A stretch of DNA of 26,209 nt, from the NCBI GenBank assembly GCA_035289485.1, contig DATDXA010000010.1, positions 1-26,209 of the forward strand, in the 5' to 3' direction. Positions 15,446-25,510 of this stretch are shown piece by piece; the stretch's first letter is position 1, and each line of letters begins with the position of its first letter. The notes beneath the pieces were generated by a model. That model had not been told where the DNA came from, did not search any database, and saw only the letters and a list, made by a program, of their open reading frames with translations. Position numbers and translations under genes: made by a program. This DNA is from an archaeon. GTDB taxonomy: Archaea; Iainarchaeota; Iainarchaeia; Iainarchaeales; Iainarchaeaceae.

Positions 15446-16615
15446 TTGGAAGAGCAGAGCGCAAAGCACACAATACTCCTTGCAGGAAAACTACTCGCAG
15501 CAGTGGCAGCGGGGGTTTTTCTCTACTTCTATGGGCACCTAATACTTGGAATAATCCCAAAAGAATTCCTAGAGTCGCAGTCCGTTCAGGAAATATGGCC
15601 TCACCTATTCAACATAGCAGCGCTCATAATCGCAACAGAAATATTCCTTGTGCTCACAAGGTTTGCAATTTCCAAATACCTCGAAAACAGGGGCAAGAAA
15701 AAGGAAATCCGGGTAATTCTAACCCTTTACACATACCTCGTATGGGCATTCATGGGCGTTCTGCTCCTCACCACGGTGTTCAAGGACATCGGCGCCCTTT
15801 TGACCTCAATTGGGCTTATAGGATTCGGGATAACTTTCGCCCTGCAAAAGCCGATACTCAATTTTGTTGGCTGGCTTACAATCGTAATCACAAAGCCGTT
15901 CAACATAAGCGACAAGATAGAGGTGAACAATGTAAGGGGGGATGTACTGTCAATACATGTAATGTACACAAAGATACAAGGAACAATGCAGAACGCCCAG
16001 ACAAAAAGTGAGCAGGTAATTTCCGTCCCAAATGAGCTGATGCTCACAAACCCGGTGATAAACCTCTCAAGGCTTGGCGGGCTCTACACTGATGACATTA
16101 CAGTGAGCCTTACATATGAGAGCAACTGGAAAAAAGCCGCCGAAATACTTGAAAGCATTGCGCAAAACGCCATGAAAAAATTCATCAAAAACAACCTGCC
16201 GGCAACTTTTGCGGAGAGGCGCTCATGGCAGGAAGCAATTGACCTTATGCAGGAGGCAACAAAAAGGCTCAGACGAGGGTTTGTAAAGCAGTCCGTGCAG
16301 GAAAAGATAGAAATACTTAAAACCGCAGAAAGCAGTTCCGCAATAAGCATACCAAAGCCTAACATACTGGTGTCGCTTTCCCAATCCTCAATAGACCTAA
16401 ATGTCATGTACAAAACCGACCTATACTCCGTGAGGGACACAAAAAACGAAATAGTGCGCTCATTTATGGAGGCCATTGAAAAGCGCAGTGATATTGAGAT
16501 AGCATACCCGCACATGCAGATAGTTTATAGCGAGCGCCCAAAAAAGCACTCGCGCAACCAGGAAAAACTCTTCAAGCCGCCTGCAGCGGATAGGCAAGAA
16601 CCTGCGGCAAAATAG
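15446..16615 (+). CDS. mscS: Small-conductance mechanosensitive channel family protein
   Basis: TM helices, 'GITFALQ..I.NF..W....KPF...D.I', 'PN', 'IEIAYP'; TTG start after GGTGA. Confidence 0.88.
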   Translation: MEEQSAKHTILLAGKLLAAVAAGVFLYFYGHLILGIIPKEFLESQSVQEIWPHLFNIAALIIATEIFLVLTRFAISKYLENRGKKKEIRVILTLYTYLVWAFMGVLLLTTVFKDIGALLTSIGLIGFGITFALQKPILNFVGWLTIVITKPFNISDKIEVNNVRGDVLSIHVMYTKIQGTMQNAQTKSEQVISVPNELMLTNPVINLSRLGGLYTDDITVSLTYESNWKKAAEILESIAQNAMKKFIKNNLPATFAERRSWQEAIDLMQEATKRLRRGFVKQSVQEKIEILKTAESSSAISIPKPNILVSLSQSSIDLNVMYKTDLYSVRDTKNEIVRSFMEAIEKRSDIEIAYPHMQIVYSERPKKHSRNQEKLFKPPAADRQEPAAK

Positions 16616-16622
16616 CAATCAA

Positions 16623-16856
16623 TTATTCCGAATCTTCCTTTTTTGATTCTGAAGAGCCAGAGCCGAAATATATCAAAAGGCCGAATGCAAATATTGCGAT
16701 TGAATACCATGGGAACTTAATTCCAGGTTCAGAAGCGGAGAGCGGAAAATAGCACAAATTTGAAATCCTCTCCGAGCAAAAGGAAAAAAAGAGCTCATAA
16801 ACTATGAGCGCTATGCCAAATGCGATAACAACTAAACCCACCTGCTTTGAATCCAT
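16623..16856 (-). CDS. Small two-TM membrane protein
   Basis: Two hydrophobic helices with a Cys pair in the loop. Confidence 0.65.
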   Translation of the reverse strand: MDSKQVGLVVIAFGIALIVYELFFSFCSERISNLCYFPLSASEPGIKFPWYSIAIFAFGLLIYFGSGSSESKKEDSE

Positions 16857-16970
16857 AAACTAAAAATCACCCTGAAACTTTATTTAAACCCCCGCAGGCA
16901 CGCCCTTTGGATGCGCATATTAAAATTCGCCACTGAAAAATATTAATAGGCACAAGGATGTAATTATTGC

Positions 16971-17669
16971 ATGCAGGAAACCCTTAATTTTGGCAAAGGC
17001 GAAAAGGAAAATATCCGCAAAATACTCTTCGGGTTTGAACAGGCGCAGACAACAAACTACTTTGAAGAGCAGCGTGTGAAAAGGAACGGGTGCACAATTA
17101 CGCTCTACGAATCCGGAAAGCTCTCAATCCAGGGGCCCAATGCAGCAAAAGTGAAAGATGAAATCCTCTCAATGATGGGGCTTTCGCAAGAGCTCGTAAT
17201 AGGGATGGATGAAACCGGGCGCGGTGAAAAAACCGGCCCGCTTGTGATTACGGGAGTGCTTGCGGACACAAATGAGCTGCGGCAGGTGCGCGACAGCAAG
17301 AAAACAACGGATATTGCCGCTAAAGAAAAAATCGTCTCCGAAAAAATGCTCGGGTCGGTTTCAGTTGTTCTAAATTCAAGGCTCGTGGACCTTGCAAGGA
17401 AGCGCGGGCTCAACCTCAATGAAATCGAGGCCGCTGCAATGGATAAAATATCAGAGTTCCTCTCAATTTTTGGCGAAGCGAAAATAATCGCGGACGGAGC
17501 CCCGATGAAAACCGCGAACAAAAAAATAAACTTCGCACCAAAAGCGGATGATTCGGAGCCTGTTGTGGGCGCGGCAAGCATCGTTGCAAAGCATTTGCGC
17601 AATATTTCCTCGGATAGCGGCGAGCGCAAGACATGGAATACAAAAGAAGGCAAGAAAAACATAGAATAA
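16971..17669 (+). CDS. Type 2 ribonuclease H with RNase HIII-like N-terminal TBP-like domain
   Basis: 'TITLYESGKLSIQG' N-domain; GMDETGRG, RDSKK, IIADG, KAD...VGAASIVAK. Confidence 0.85.
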   Translation: MQETLNFGKGEKENIRKILFGFEQAQTTNYFEEQRVKRNGCTITLYESGKLSIQGPNAAKVKDEILSMMGLSQELVIGMDETGRGEKTGPLVITGVLADTNELRQVRDSKKTTDIAAKEKIVSEKMLGSVSVVLNSRLVDLARKRGLNLNEIEAAAMDKISEFLSIFGEAKIIADGAPMKTANKKINFAPKADDSEPVVGAASIVAKHLRNISSDSGERKTWNTKEGKKNIE

Positions 17670-17686
17670 ATTTGAATTGCCCAGAA

Positions 17687-18181
17687 TCAGGATGAAGAGC
17701 GGTAAATCATCTTGCGCATCTTATCAACCGGAATTTCCTTGCCCTTGGCTGGTTTTTTGTATGTGCGCGACTTTACAGTGATGTTGCTGTTTTGTATTTC
17801 CGCCAAGATTTCCTTAATCCCTATGAGCTCGGATTCTGCAATGGAGCGGAAACTGTCAAGGCGCTCAATTTTCCTTTTCATCAGCTCGTCAGTTGAAAAG
17901 CCGCCGGGGGATTTTGAGGCGCGAAGCTGCGACTCAAGTTCCTGAATGCGCCTATGCGCAAGCTCGACCTTGTTTTCAAGCGGAACAAGGCCCGGGTTTT
18001 GGGAAGTGGCAGAATAGTCATATGAAACGACGGAAGGCTGCGCAATGCGCGCAGCGGAGCTGCCATAAACAGCCTGCGCGATTTTTTGCATGTGAGTTTT
18101 CCGGCCAATAAAAAATAGCAAAACATTGCCTAGAAAAAGCGAAAGTATCAGAACTCCGAGAAAAATTGTTGTTGCACTCAT
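17687..18181 (-). CDS. Membrane-anchored coiled-coil hypothetical protein
   Basis: N-terminal TM from ATG 18181, TATA-like TTAAAAA about 25 nt upstream. Confidence 0.7.
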   Translation of the reverse strand: MSATTIFLGVLILSLFLGNVLLFFIGRKTHMQKIAQAVYGSSAARIAQPSVVSYDYSATSQNPGLVPLENKVELAHRRIQELESQLRASKSPGGFSTDELMKRKIERLDSFRSIAESELIGIKEILAEIQNSNITVKSRTYKKPAKGKEIPVDKMRKMIYRSSS

Positions 18182-18384
18182 GAAATAATCTGCCTGAAAA
18201 CCGTTTTTTAACCTAACGCACAGAGGGTTCTGGTAAATCCTTGGGAGGTAAAGCCTGTTAAAAACAGGAGTTAAAATCGAGAGGGGGAATATGGCAAAAA
18301 GAACCCGCCAGAATTTGGCCAAGGTAGCTATAAAATAGCTGGAAATATATTTGCAAAAATCACTCCCCCCTAACTGACACTACT

Positions 18385-19116
18385 TTAATTTGGTATTTGT
18401 ATCCTTCTAGATATTTTCCAGATAAATTGGAAATATTTTTTGAATCCTTCGTTTATCTCTTTGCTTTCTATGAGTATTGCTAGTGGTTCTTTGGACCAGA
18501 TTACAATTGCGGATTTGTTTGAGTAGAGAAATATTTGGGTTTTTGTTATAAAATTTGAAGGAAGTTTCTTGCTTTTTACATCCCATTCTTTTAGAAAATA
18601 ATCCAAGTGTTTTGCATCAGAATTCCATAATACTTTCATATCAATTTTTTTCTCATTCAACGCCTTAATCCATTTTGGGGTATAGACTCTCAAATATTCA
18701 TATTGAAGACCTGTAGCACCGAGTAGGTATAGGTAATCCGCGTTGCGTACCATATCTTCCCAACAAGCTCTCATTCCTGCCACTCCTTGGAGTACTTTGA
18801 CCTGTTGTCTGGATTTTGACTTTTCATACACTGACATTAAGGAAGGTAGCTCTTGTTGTGCGACTTCAAATTTTTCCTGAATGAGTGAAACCAAATATTC
18901 TGGGCTTGTTGCCTCATAATACCTTTTGTTATCCTGTATAGTCTCAGAGAGTAGCCCCTTGTCGATAAGTCTTGCTAATGCGTCATAGGTGTTTCTTCTA
19001 TGTATTTTAATTTTGTTAATTATTTCCCCGGCTGTACTTGAACCTGAAGAGAGCAAAAATGAGTATATTTTTGATTCATTTTGGGACAAGCCAAGTTCTT
19101 CAAGAATCTTACTCAT
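18385..19116 (-). CDS. TrmB family transcriptional regulator
   Basis: 'LEELGLSQNESKIY..LL..G...A.EI.....IHRRN.YD.L.RL..KGL'; C-terminal PLD-like effector domain. Confidence 0.9.
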   Translation of the reverse strand: MSKILEELGLSQNESKIYSFLLSSGSSTAGEIINKIKIHRRNTYDALARLIDKGLLSETIQDNKRYYEATSPEYLVSLIQEKFEVAQQELPSLMSVYEKSKSRQQVKVLQGVAGMRACWEDMVRNADYLYLLGATGLQYEYLRVYTPKWIKALNEKKIDMKVLWNSDAKHLDYFLKEWDVKSKKLPSNFITKTQIFLYSNKSAIVIWSKEPLAILIESKEINEGFKKYFQFIWKISRRIQIPN

Positions 19117-19148
19117 AAAAATATGTGTGAAGGAAGTGTTTAAAGTAG

Positions 19149-19166
19149 TAGCGGTAGCTACCACTA
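19149..19166. promoter_or_regulatory. Palindrome in the divergent TrmB/ABC promoter (candidate operator)
   Basis: TAGCGGTAGCTACCACTA, 18 bp with one mismatched pair, next to TTTAAA. Confidence 0.5.
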
Positions 19167-19199
19167 GCCCCTAATAACGATGGAATGTCAATATGTATA

Positions 19200-19973
19200 A
19201 TGGAATCAAATCTTCTAAAAAGTTTGGGCCGCCATGTTGCTGGCATAGCCAGTATAATCTTAGGGATTACGGCATGGCAAGCACTCCTCTCTTTTGGATT
19301 GGTTAATGCGAACTTCTTGCCGACCCCATTAGACGTTTTCAAATCGTTAGTAGAATTAATTCAGGATGGAACCTTTATCGGAGACATCTTTTCAAGTATC
19401 ACAAGGGTGTTTCTCGGTTTTTTGGGTGGGGCTATTATTGGGCTAATTATTGCCGCCCTTAACGCTTACTCTGGCATTTCCACTAGAATCACGACTCCTT
19501 GGATAGAAATTATAAGGCCTATACCTCCACTTGCATGGATTCCTATTGCAATTCTCTTTTTTGGTTTAGGAGATAAGCCGGCAATTTTTTTGGTGTCTTT
19601 AGGCTCTTTCTTTCCAATTTACACAAACACTTATCAGGCAATCAAAAATATCCCGGATAAATATTTGCATACTGCCAAGGTGTTGGGGGCAAATACAAAA
19701 CTTTTGCTTTTGGATATAATCATACCTTCTATTCTGCCGCGTGTCATAACTGGTTTGAAAATAGGCCTTGGAATTTCATGGATGATTGTAATCACGGCAG
19801 AACTTGTTGGAGCTACATCTGGGCTTGGCTATTTTATAGAACTGAATAGATTACTGCTCCGCGTTGACAATGTCATAGTAGGGATGCTAGTAATAGGCGC
19901 AATAGGGTATGCTATGAATACTCTAATTTCCTTTGTCGAAAAGAGATTCTTTCATTACCAGGTAGCAGTTTAA
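19200..19973 (+). CDS. NitT/TauT (SsuC/TauC-like) ABC permease
   Basis: 'RPIPPLAWIPIAILFFG', 'AKVLGA', 'SWMIVITAELVG...GLGY'. Confidence 0.92.
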   Translation: MESNLLKSLGRHVAGIASIILGITAWQALLSFGLVNANFLPTPLDVFKSLVELIQDGTFIGDIFSSITRVFLGFLGGAIIGLIIAALNAYSGISTRITTPWIEIIRPIPPLAWIPIAILFFGLGDKPAIFLVSLGSFFPIYTNTYQAIKNIPDKYLHTAKVLGANTKLLLLDIIIPSILPRVITGLKIGLGISWMIVITAELVGATSGLGYFIELNRLLLRVDNVIVGMLVIGAIGYAMNTLISFVEKRFFHYQVAV

Positions 19974-19983
19974 GGTGTAACCT

Positions 19984-20745
19984 ATGGCGCTGAAGAAACT
20001 TGTTATTTCGAATGTCTCTAAAAACTTTGAGGCCGAAGGTTTAGAGAAAGAGGTTCTTGATGGAATAACTTTATCAGTAGAAGAAGGGGAATCTGTTTGT
20101 TTGATAGGGCCAAATGCTTGCGGCAAGAGCACGTTGCTCCAAATAGTTGCCGGCCTAATCGAGCCAACAAAAGGGAAAATACTGCACAACGGGGAGCTGG
20201 TTGACGAGCCTCATTGTTCAAGAACAATAATCTTCCAAGACCTGAATTTGTTCCCCTGGAAAACCATTTCAGAGAATATTGAGTTTGGACTCAGAGCAAA
20301 AGGGGTGGAAGAAGCCAGTCGGGGTATCACATTAGAAAAATACTTGAATCTGCTGAAAATACAAGAGTTTGCAAACTATTACCCAAATCAATTGTCTGGA
20401 GGAACGAAACAAAAATCCGCAATTGCAAGGGCACTTGCAATGGAGCCGGATATACTCCTTATGGATGAGCCATTTAGTTCACTTGACATGCAGACCCGTG
20501 AATTTCTACAAGAAGAACTGCAAAAAATAGTAAGGGAAAAGAATCAAACAACACTCTTTGTATCACATAGCATTGACGAGGCCCTAATTCTTGCGGATAG
20601 AATAGTTGTGCTAAGCAACTCGCCTGCAAGAATAAAATCAGTTGTAAAAGTTCTAAGAAAGCATAAAGAAAATCCTGATTTCAGGCACTCGGAGGATTTT
20701 CTCAGGTATAGAAAACATATCTCAAAGTTACTTAAGGAGGAATAA
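19984..20745 (+). CDS. NitT/TauT ABC ATP-binding protein
   Basis: GPNACGKST, LSGG, LLMDEPF, VSH. Confidence 0.93.
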   Translation: MALKKLVISNVSKNFEAEGLEKEVLDGITLSVEEGESVCLIGPNACGKSTLLQIVAGLIEPTKGKILHNGELVDEPHCSRTIIFQDLNLFPWKTISENIEFGLRAKGVEEASRGITLEKYLNLLKIQEFANYYPNQLSGGTKQKSAIARALAMEPDILLMDEPFSSLDMQTREFLQEELQKIVREKNQTTLFVSHSIDEALILADRIVVLSNSPARIKSVVKVLRKHKENPDFRHSEDFLRYRKHISKLLKEE

Positions 20746-20749
20746 ATCT

Positions 20750-21721
20750 ATGCATAAAGCCATTATCCCTATAGCAATTGCCATAATTTTAGTCCTTGGA
20801 TTCTTGTTTTTATTTTCCACTCCAAAAAATGAAGCAATTAGGGTTGGATGGCAACCGCCCTGGGTAAATCAAGGACAGATATCTGCCATATTGCAAAAAA
20901 CCGATATATTGCAAAAGAACGGTGTTGAAGCAAAATTTACTGGTTTTTCTTTCGGTCCGCCAATGACAGAAGCGGCGCTAAGCGGACAGTTGGATATACT
21001 TTTCCTCGGCGACCAGCCTGCATTCAACCTGATAGCAAAAGATAACTCTTGGAAAATAGTGTCTCCATTAGTAAACTATAAATCTGCAATACTCGTGCCA
21101 ACTGGCTCAGAAATAAAATCGGTACAGGACTTAAGGGGAAAAACAATTGCAACCGGGATAGGTTCAACAACCTACCGAGATACAATACAACTCCTAAACG
21201 ATGAAGAAATAACCGATGAAGAAATCACTGTAAAAAATCTTGATGTAGGAGCACAACTCGCATTTATGCAGTCAGCAAACGGTTCTTGGGGGGAAATAGA
21301 CGCTATGGCTGCCTATGACCCAACAGTAACACTTGCATTATCTAAGGGTCTTGCAAAACCTGTAACGGAATATAAAAGTCTTGGAGTTATAGCTGTGAAT
21401 AACAAATTTTACAATGAACACCCAGAAAAAGTAAAACAATTTATTAACTCTGTAAAAGAGGCATTTGAATACTATCAAAAAAATAGCGAGCAGGCAAATC
21501 AATGGTATTCTGAAATAGCAAGATATTCCCTTTCTACTGCGAATTATGCCGAAATGGCTTCACTAGAACCAAAAATGCAAAAAGGCGTCAAAGTAGAAAT
21601 CGCCTTGACACAAGAAACAAAACAAGAACTGCAAAAACACCTGAATACTGCAATCAGCCTCGGCTTAATAAAAGAAATGAGCTTAAATGAAATTTTATTA
21701 GATTACAATGAATTGTCTTGA
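20750..21721 (+). CDS. NitT/TauT (SsuA-like) substrate-binding protein
   Basis: N-terminal anchor; 'GPPMTEAALSGQLD...GDQP', 'IKSVQDLRGKTIA'. Confidence 0.9.
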   Translation: MHKAIIPIAIAIILVLGFLFLFSTPKNEAIRVGWQPPWVNQGQISAILQKTDILQKNGVEAKFTGFSFGPPMTEAALSGQLDILFLGDQPAFNLIAKDNSWKIVSPLVNYKSAILVPTGSEIKSVQDLRGKTIATGIGSTTYRDTIQLLNDEEITDEEITVKNLDVGAQLAFMQSANGSWGEIDAMAAYDPTVTLALSKGLAKPVTEYKSLGVIAVNNKFYNEHPEKVKQFINSVKEAFEYYQKNSEQANQWYSEIARYSLSTANYAEMASLEPKMQKGVKVEIALTQETKQELQKHLNTAISLGLIKEMSLNEILLDYNELS

Positions 21722-21778
21722 CTGCGCCGGTAGCGATTTTTGTTGAATCTGGAGACATTTTTACTTAAGTGTTAATGG

Positions 21779-22531
21779 CTATTTCCCGAAAAGTGAAGTG
21801 AAGTTATTTCCCGTTGCCTTTGCGACTTCTTCTTGCGAAACGCCCTTTATCTGCGCAACCTTTTTGCACACATCCGCAATCCATGAAGGTTCGGAATTCC
21901 GGCCGCCAAAAGGCACAGGGGCGTCGGTTTCGAGAAGGAGATTTTCAAGCGGGATTGATTTCACGACCTCTGCAGAGGCAGAATCGTGAATTATTATGGG
22001 CCCGCAGGAGATGAAATAACCAAGCAAAACAGCACGTGAAGCGGTCTTTTTGCTGTTTGTAAACCAGTGCATGTGAACCTTCCTTGCGCTCTCCTCTTCA
22101 AGGATATCAAGGCATCTTGTCTCAGCATAGCGCGCATGAACGCACACAGGAAGGCTATTTTTCATTGCAAGGCGGATGAACTCGCGCAAAACACTCTCCT
22201 GCAATGCCCTTTGGGCAGGCGTTTTCGCGTGCTTGAAATCAAGGCCTACCTCCCCTATGGCTGCGGCATTTGAAATGTTCTTTTCTGCGAACGCAATTGC
22301 CCTTTCAATCTCATTTTGTTGCATCGAAAGAATGTTAGATGGGTGAAGTCCAAGAGCGCAGAGGACCTGCGGGAATTTTTTGGCAAGGGAGAGGCACTTT
22401 TGCATTGATTCTGGGCCAGTGGACGCTGTAAGTATGCGCGCAACACCCGCTTTGCGGGCATTTTCAATGGCTTTTAGAGGCGCCTTGAAAGAGTCAAGAT
22501 GGCAATGTGAATCGGCTAACAAAAATATCAC
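21779..22531 (-). CDS. tatD: TatD family deoxyribonuclease
   Basis: DSHCHL, GLHP, IGEVGLD, VHAR, HWF, ETDAP. Confidence 0.95.
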   Translation of the reverse strand: MIFLLADSHCHLDSFKAPLKAIENARKAGVARILTASTGPESMQKCLSLAKKFPQVLCALGLHPSNILSMQQNEIERAIAFAEKNISNAAAIGEVGLDFKHAKTPAQRALQESVLREFIRLAMKNSLPVCVHARYAETRCLDILEEESARKVHMHWFTNSKKTASRAVLLGYFISCGPIIIHDSASAEVVKSIPLENLLLETDAPVPFGGRNSEPSWIADVCKKVAQIKGVSQEEVAKATGNNFTSLFGK

Positions 22532-22590
22532 ACTTTAAAAAAGTTCCCCAATATAACCGCTAATACAAGAAAACCTTTTATGTGATTAAT

Positions 22591-23778
22591 ATGGCGGAAA
22601 AAAAGCAAAAAGCGGCTGAAAGCCCTGAAACAGTGGAAAAAAAGAAGGAATTCCTTGAAAGCGCAATCCCAAAAAAGGGCAAAAAAAATGAAGAAAAGCC
22701 GCCGGCCTATCTCCTTGCAATGCTGATAATTTTAGGGTTGCTTGTCGGGGTTGCGGCAACAATTACGCTCCTAAAGCCCGCGGCAGACAATGGCGGTGCA
22801 CAACCCGACCAGAACCAGACAATAAATGACTCAAATTACAGGCTCGTGCCAGTAACCGTGGTTTATTCTGCAGAATGCAAATCGTGCAGGCAGACAACAA
22901 CGATTGAGGAGCTTTTCAAGGTGAGGCAAATAGCATATTCGCTCAAAAAAGTGGAAGCAAAATCCGCGGAAGGAAAACAGATAATTGGCAAGTTCGGCAT
23001 AGATCGCGTGCCCACTGCCATAGTTGACTCGGAAAAAGTTGCATTTTACCCCAAGACCAAAAGCGATTTTGATTTGGAAGTAAAGAAGGGCTCTCTCGAC
23101 AAAATAGGCTCGGCTTATATTATTCCGGAACAGAACTGGAACAGCAATTTTTATTATCCGCTATATTATCTTGAAAAGGTGCCAGGATTTTGCGAAGCCG
23201 GCAAGCCGACAATCGTGCAGTTCGATGATTATTATGCCCCGGAATACACTTTTGGAAGGAAAATATTCTACGATTTCCTCTCAGACTTCAATGCTACCAC
23301 AGATGTAAAGTTCAGCTATACGCAGACGGCAAATTCCACTGACAACAACTCAGTGACTGGAAATCTGTTCTTGATGTGCGCAAGCCAGCAGGGCAAATAC
23401 ATTGAATTGGAACACTCAATGACCGGAGTATACTGCAACAACCCATTCAGCGGCGACCCTACCATAGTTACGGAACCCGAGGTATTGGGGTGCCGGAGCA
23501 TCAGCAATCATTACGGAACGCCATTGACCCCGGTCGAACTTGATATTGCATCAAACAGGGCTGGCATGGACTCCAATTCACTCAAAAGCTGCTTTGACAA
23601 CAGGGCATTCTATTACAACCAGGCTGAAAAAACTGCAAAAGATTTGCACATAAGCAGGCCAGGAACATTCCTCATTGATTGCGTAGAAACCACGAGCATT
23701 GAGCACCTGAAAGATTCATTCTGCGAGATACACCCAGAGATTTCTGCGTGCGCGGCGGATGCAAATGCCACCAAGTAA
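22591..23778 (+). CDS. Membrane-anchored thioredoxin/DsbA-fold protein
   Basis: TM helix, CKSC motif, 'VPT' cis-Pro loop, second DsbA-like domain. Confidence 0.7.
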   Translation: MAEKKQKAAESPETVEKKKEFLESAIPKKGKKNEEKPPAYLLAMLIILGLLVGVAATITLLKPAADNGGAQPDQNQTINDSNYRLVPVTVVYSAECKSCRQTTTIEELFKVRQIAYSLKKVEAKSAEGKQIIGKFGIDRVPTAIVDSEKVAFYPKTKSDFDLEVKKGSLDKIGSAYIIPEQNWNSNFYYPLYYLEKVPGFCEAGKPTIVQFDDYYAPEYTFGRKIFYDFLSDFNATTDVKFSYTQTANSTDNNSVTGNLFLMCASQQGKYIELEHSMTGVYCNNPFSGDPTIVTEPEVLGCRSISNHYGTPLTPVELDIASNRAGMDSNSLKSCFDNRAFYYNQAEKTAKDLHISRPGTFLIDCVETTSIEHLKDSFCEIHPEISACAADANATK

Positions 23779-24364
23779 GGCTGCGGAATTCTTTTTCAGG
23801 GGCAAAAACTACAATTGCCCTGCGAGCGTTTACTGCCCTTCGGAAGATTCCTATTTTCTTGCAGAAAATGTAAATGTGAAAAAAGGGGCAACTGTTGCCG
23901 ATATGGGGTGCGGCTGCGGGATTCAATCGCTAAATGCCCTCATGAAGGGCGCATCCAAAGTTTATGCGATAGATGTGAATGTGCAGGCGCTAAGGGCAAC
24001 GGAAGAGAACTGCAAAAGCGCGGGATTTTCTGGAAAAGTGAAAGGCATCAAATCCGACCTTTTTGAAAAATTCAAAGGCAAGGCAGATTGCATCATATTC
24101 AACCCCCCTTATGTGGAAAGCGACGGCATAAGATTTGTTGACCTTGACGGAGGCAAAAAGGGCAGGGAAGTGCTTGACAGGTTTTTAGAGCAGATGCCGC
24201 AGCGCCTCTCAAAGAATGGCGAGTGCTGGTTTTTGCAAACTGACCTTAATGGATACGCCAAAACACGGGAAATACTTCGCAAGGCAGGAGTTGAGTCAAA
24301 AATCGTTGCAAGAAAGAGGGGCTTTTTCGAAGAGCTTGCGGTGTTTGGGTGCTGGAAGAAGTAA
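23765..24364 (+). CDS. HemK2/PrmC-like SAM-dependent (release factor Gln) methyltransferase
   Basis: 'VY.PSEDSYFL', DMGCGCG, FNPPY, DGG..GR. Confidence 0.9.
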   Translation: MPPSKAAEFFFRGKNYNCPASVYCPSEDSYFLAENVNVKKGATVADMGCGCGIQSLNALMKGASKVYAIDVNVQALRATEENCKSAGFSGKVKGIKSDLFEKFKGKADCIIFNPPYVESDGIRFVDLDGGKKGREVLDRFLEQMPQRLSKNGECWFLQTDLNGYAKTREILRKAGVESKIVARKRGFFEELAVFGCWKK

Positions 24365-24420
24365 AACCCGCGCACGCCGATTCAATTAATTATTAAAAGG
24401 AACTTTCCAATATTCTTCTT

Positions 24421-25491
24421 ATGACAACAAACCCGGGGCCGGAATATTTTCTTGCACAGGAACGATACGATGCTGCAAAGACAACACAGATGAAAATACT
24501 CGCGCTCACTGACATGATAAAGTTCTGCCCGCGGCACAAGGCAAGCGAAAAACTCCTAGCAGAGCTCACTTATAAATTATCAAGGCTAAAGCAGGAGGCT
24601 GAAAAGGAGAAAGTTCAGCTCTCAAAGCGCGGCGGCGGGAATTCGATTAATGTAAAAAAAGAGGGAGCTGGGCAGGTTGTGATTTTGGGCGCCCCCAATT
24701 CCGGAAAAAGCAGCCTTCTTAAAATGCTCACAGGCGTTGATGTTGAAATTGCCTCATACGCCTTCACAACAACCAAGCCAGAAATCGGGATGATGGCCTA
24801 TAAGGGGGCGAAAGTGCAGCTGGTTGAAGTGCCTGCAATAGTTGAAGGGAGTAGCGAAGGGAAAGCCAACGGAACGCAGCTTCTAAGCCTTGCACGGAAT
24901 GCCGATGCCATAATCATAATGCACCGGGATGAGGCAGAAAAGCAGATGGCAATTAATGAGCTATTGAAAACCGGAATAATTGTCATGCACAAAAAGCCGC
25001 GCATCAAAATCATCCAGAACTCCGAGTACAAGGGAATAACTATCGCGGGAAAACAATTCCTCAAAATGCAGGAAAAGGACCTTGAAGCGGCACTCAAAGG
25101 TGCGGGGATCCACAAAGCGAGCGTGCTGCTTGAGGAAGATACAACAGCCGAGAAACTCGCGGAGGCACTTGATGAGAACCTCGATTATAAGAACGTGCTT
25201 TTCATCAAAACAACTGAAGAGGGCGGCGCTGAGGATTTGAAGGCAAAAGTATTTGCGCTCCTTGGCAAAATAATGGTTTATACAAAAAGGCCTGGCGCGG
25301 AAGCGAACATGGGCGAACCGATAAGCATACATGAAGGCGCAACCATTGGGGAAGCAGCAGAGCTCGTTCACAAGGAACTTGCAAGCGGCATCAAGTACGC
25401 AAGGGTGTGGGGCTCTGCAAAATTTCCAGGGCAGAAGGTTTCAAAAGAGTACATACTCCAAAACGGCGATATAATAGAGATATCCGCTTAA
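24421..25491 (+). CDS. DRG/Obg-family GTPase with TGS domain
   Basis: GAPNSGKSS, YAFTT, EVP; TGS 'VH......YARVWGSAKFPGQKV...L..GDI'. Confidence 0.9.
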   Translation: MTTNPGPEYFLAQERYDAAKTTQMKILALTDMIKFCPRHKASEKLLAELTYKLSRLKQEAEKEKVQLSKRGGGNSINVKKEGAGQVVILGAPNSGKSSLLKMLTGVDVEIASYAFTTTKPEIGMMAYKGAKVQLVEVPAIVEGSSEGKANGTQLLSLARNADAIIIMHRDEAEKQMAINELLKTGIIVMHKKPRIKIIQNSEYKGITIAGKQFLKMQEKDLEAALKGAGIHKASVLLEEDTTAEKLAEALDENLDYKNVLFIKTTEEGGAEDLKAKVFALLGKIMVYTKRPGAEANMGEPISIHEGATIGEAAELVHKELASGIKYARVWGSAKFPGQKVSKEYILQNGDIIEISA

Positions 25492-25510
25492 TTGTTTTCA
25501 GGGAATTTGC

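Noticed and set aside
18182..18384. Structured RNA or N-terminal extension of the 17687 ORF
   Set aside because: Only short, partly competing 6-7 bp pairings; a TATA box about 25 nt above ATG 18181 favours the shorter gene
19146..19162. GTAGC/GCTAC pentamers resembling the element ori
   Set aside because: Far outside the element and lacking the 9-bp period; better explained as a local operator palindrome
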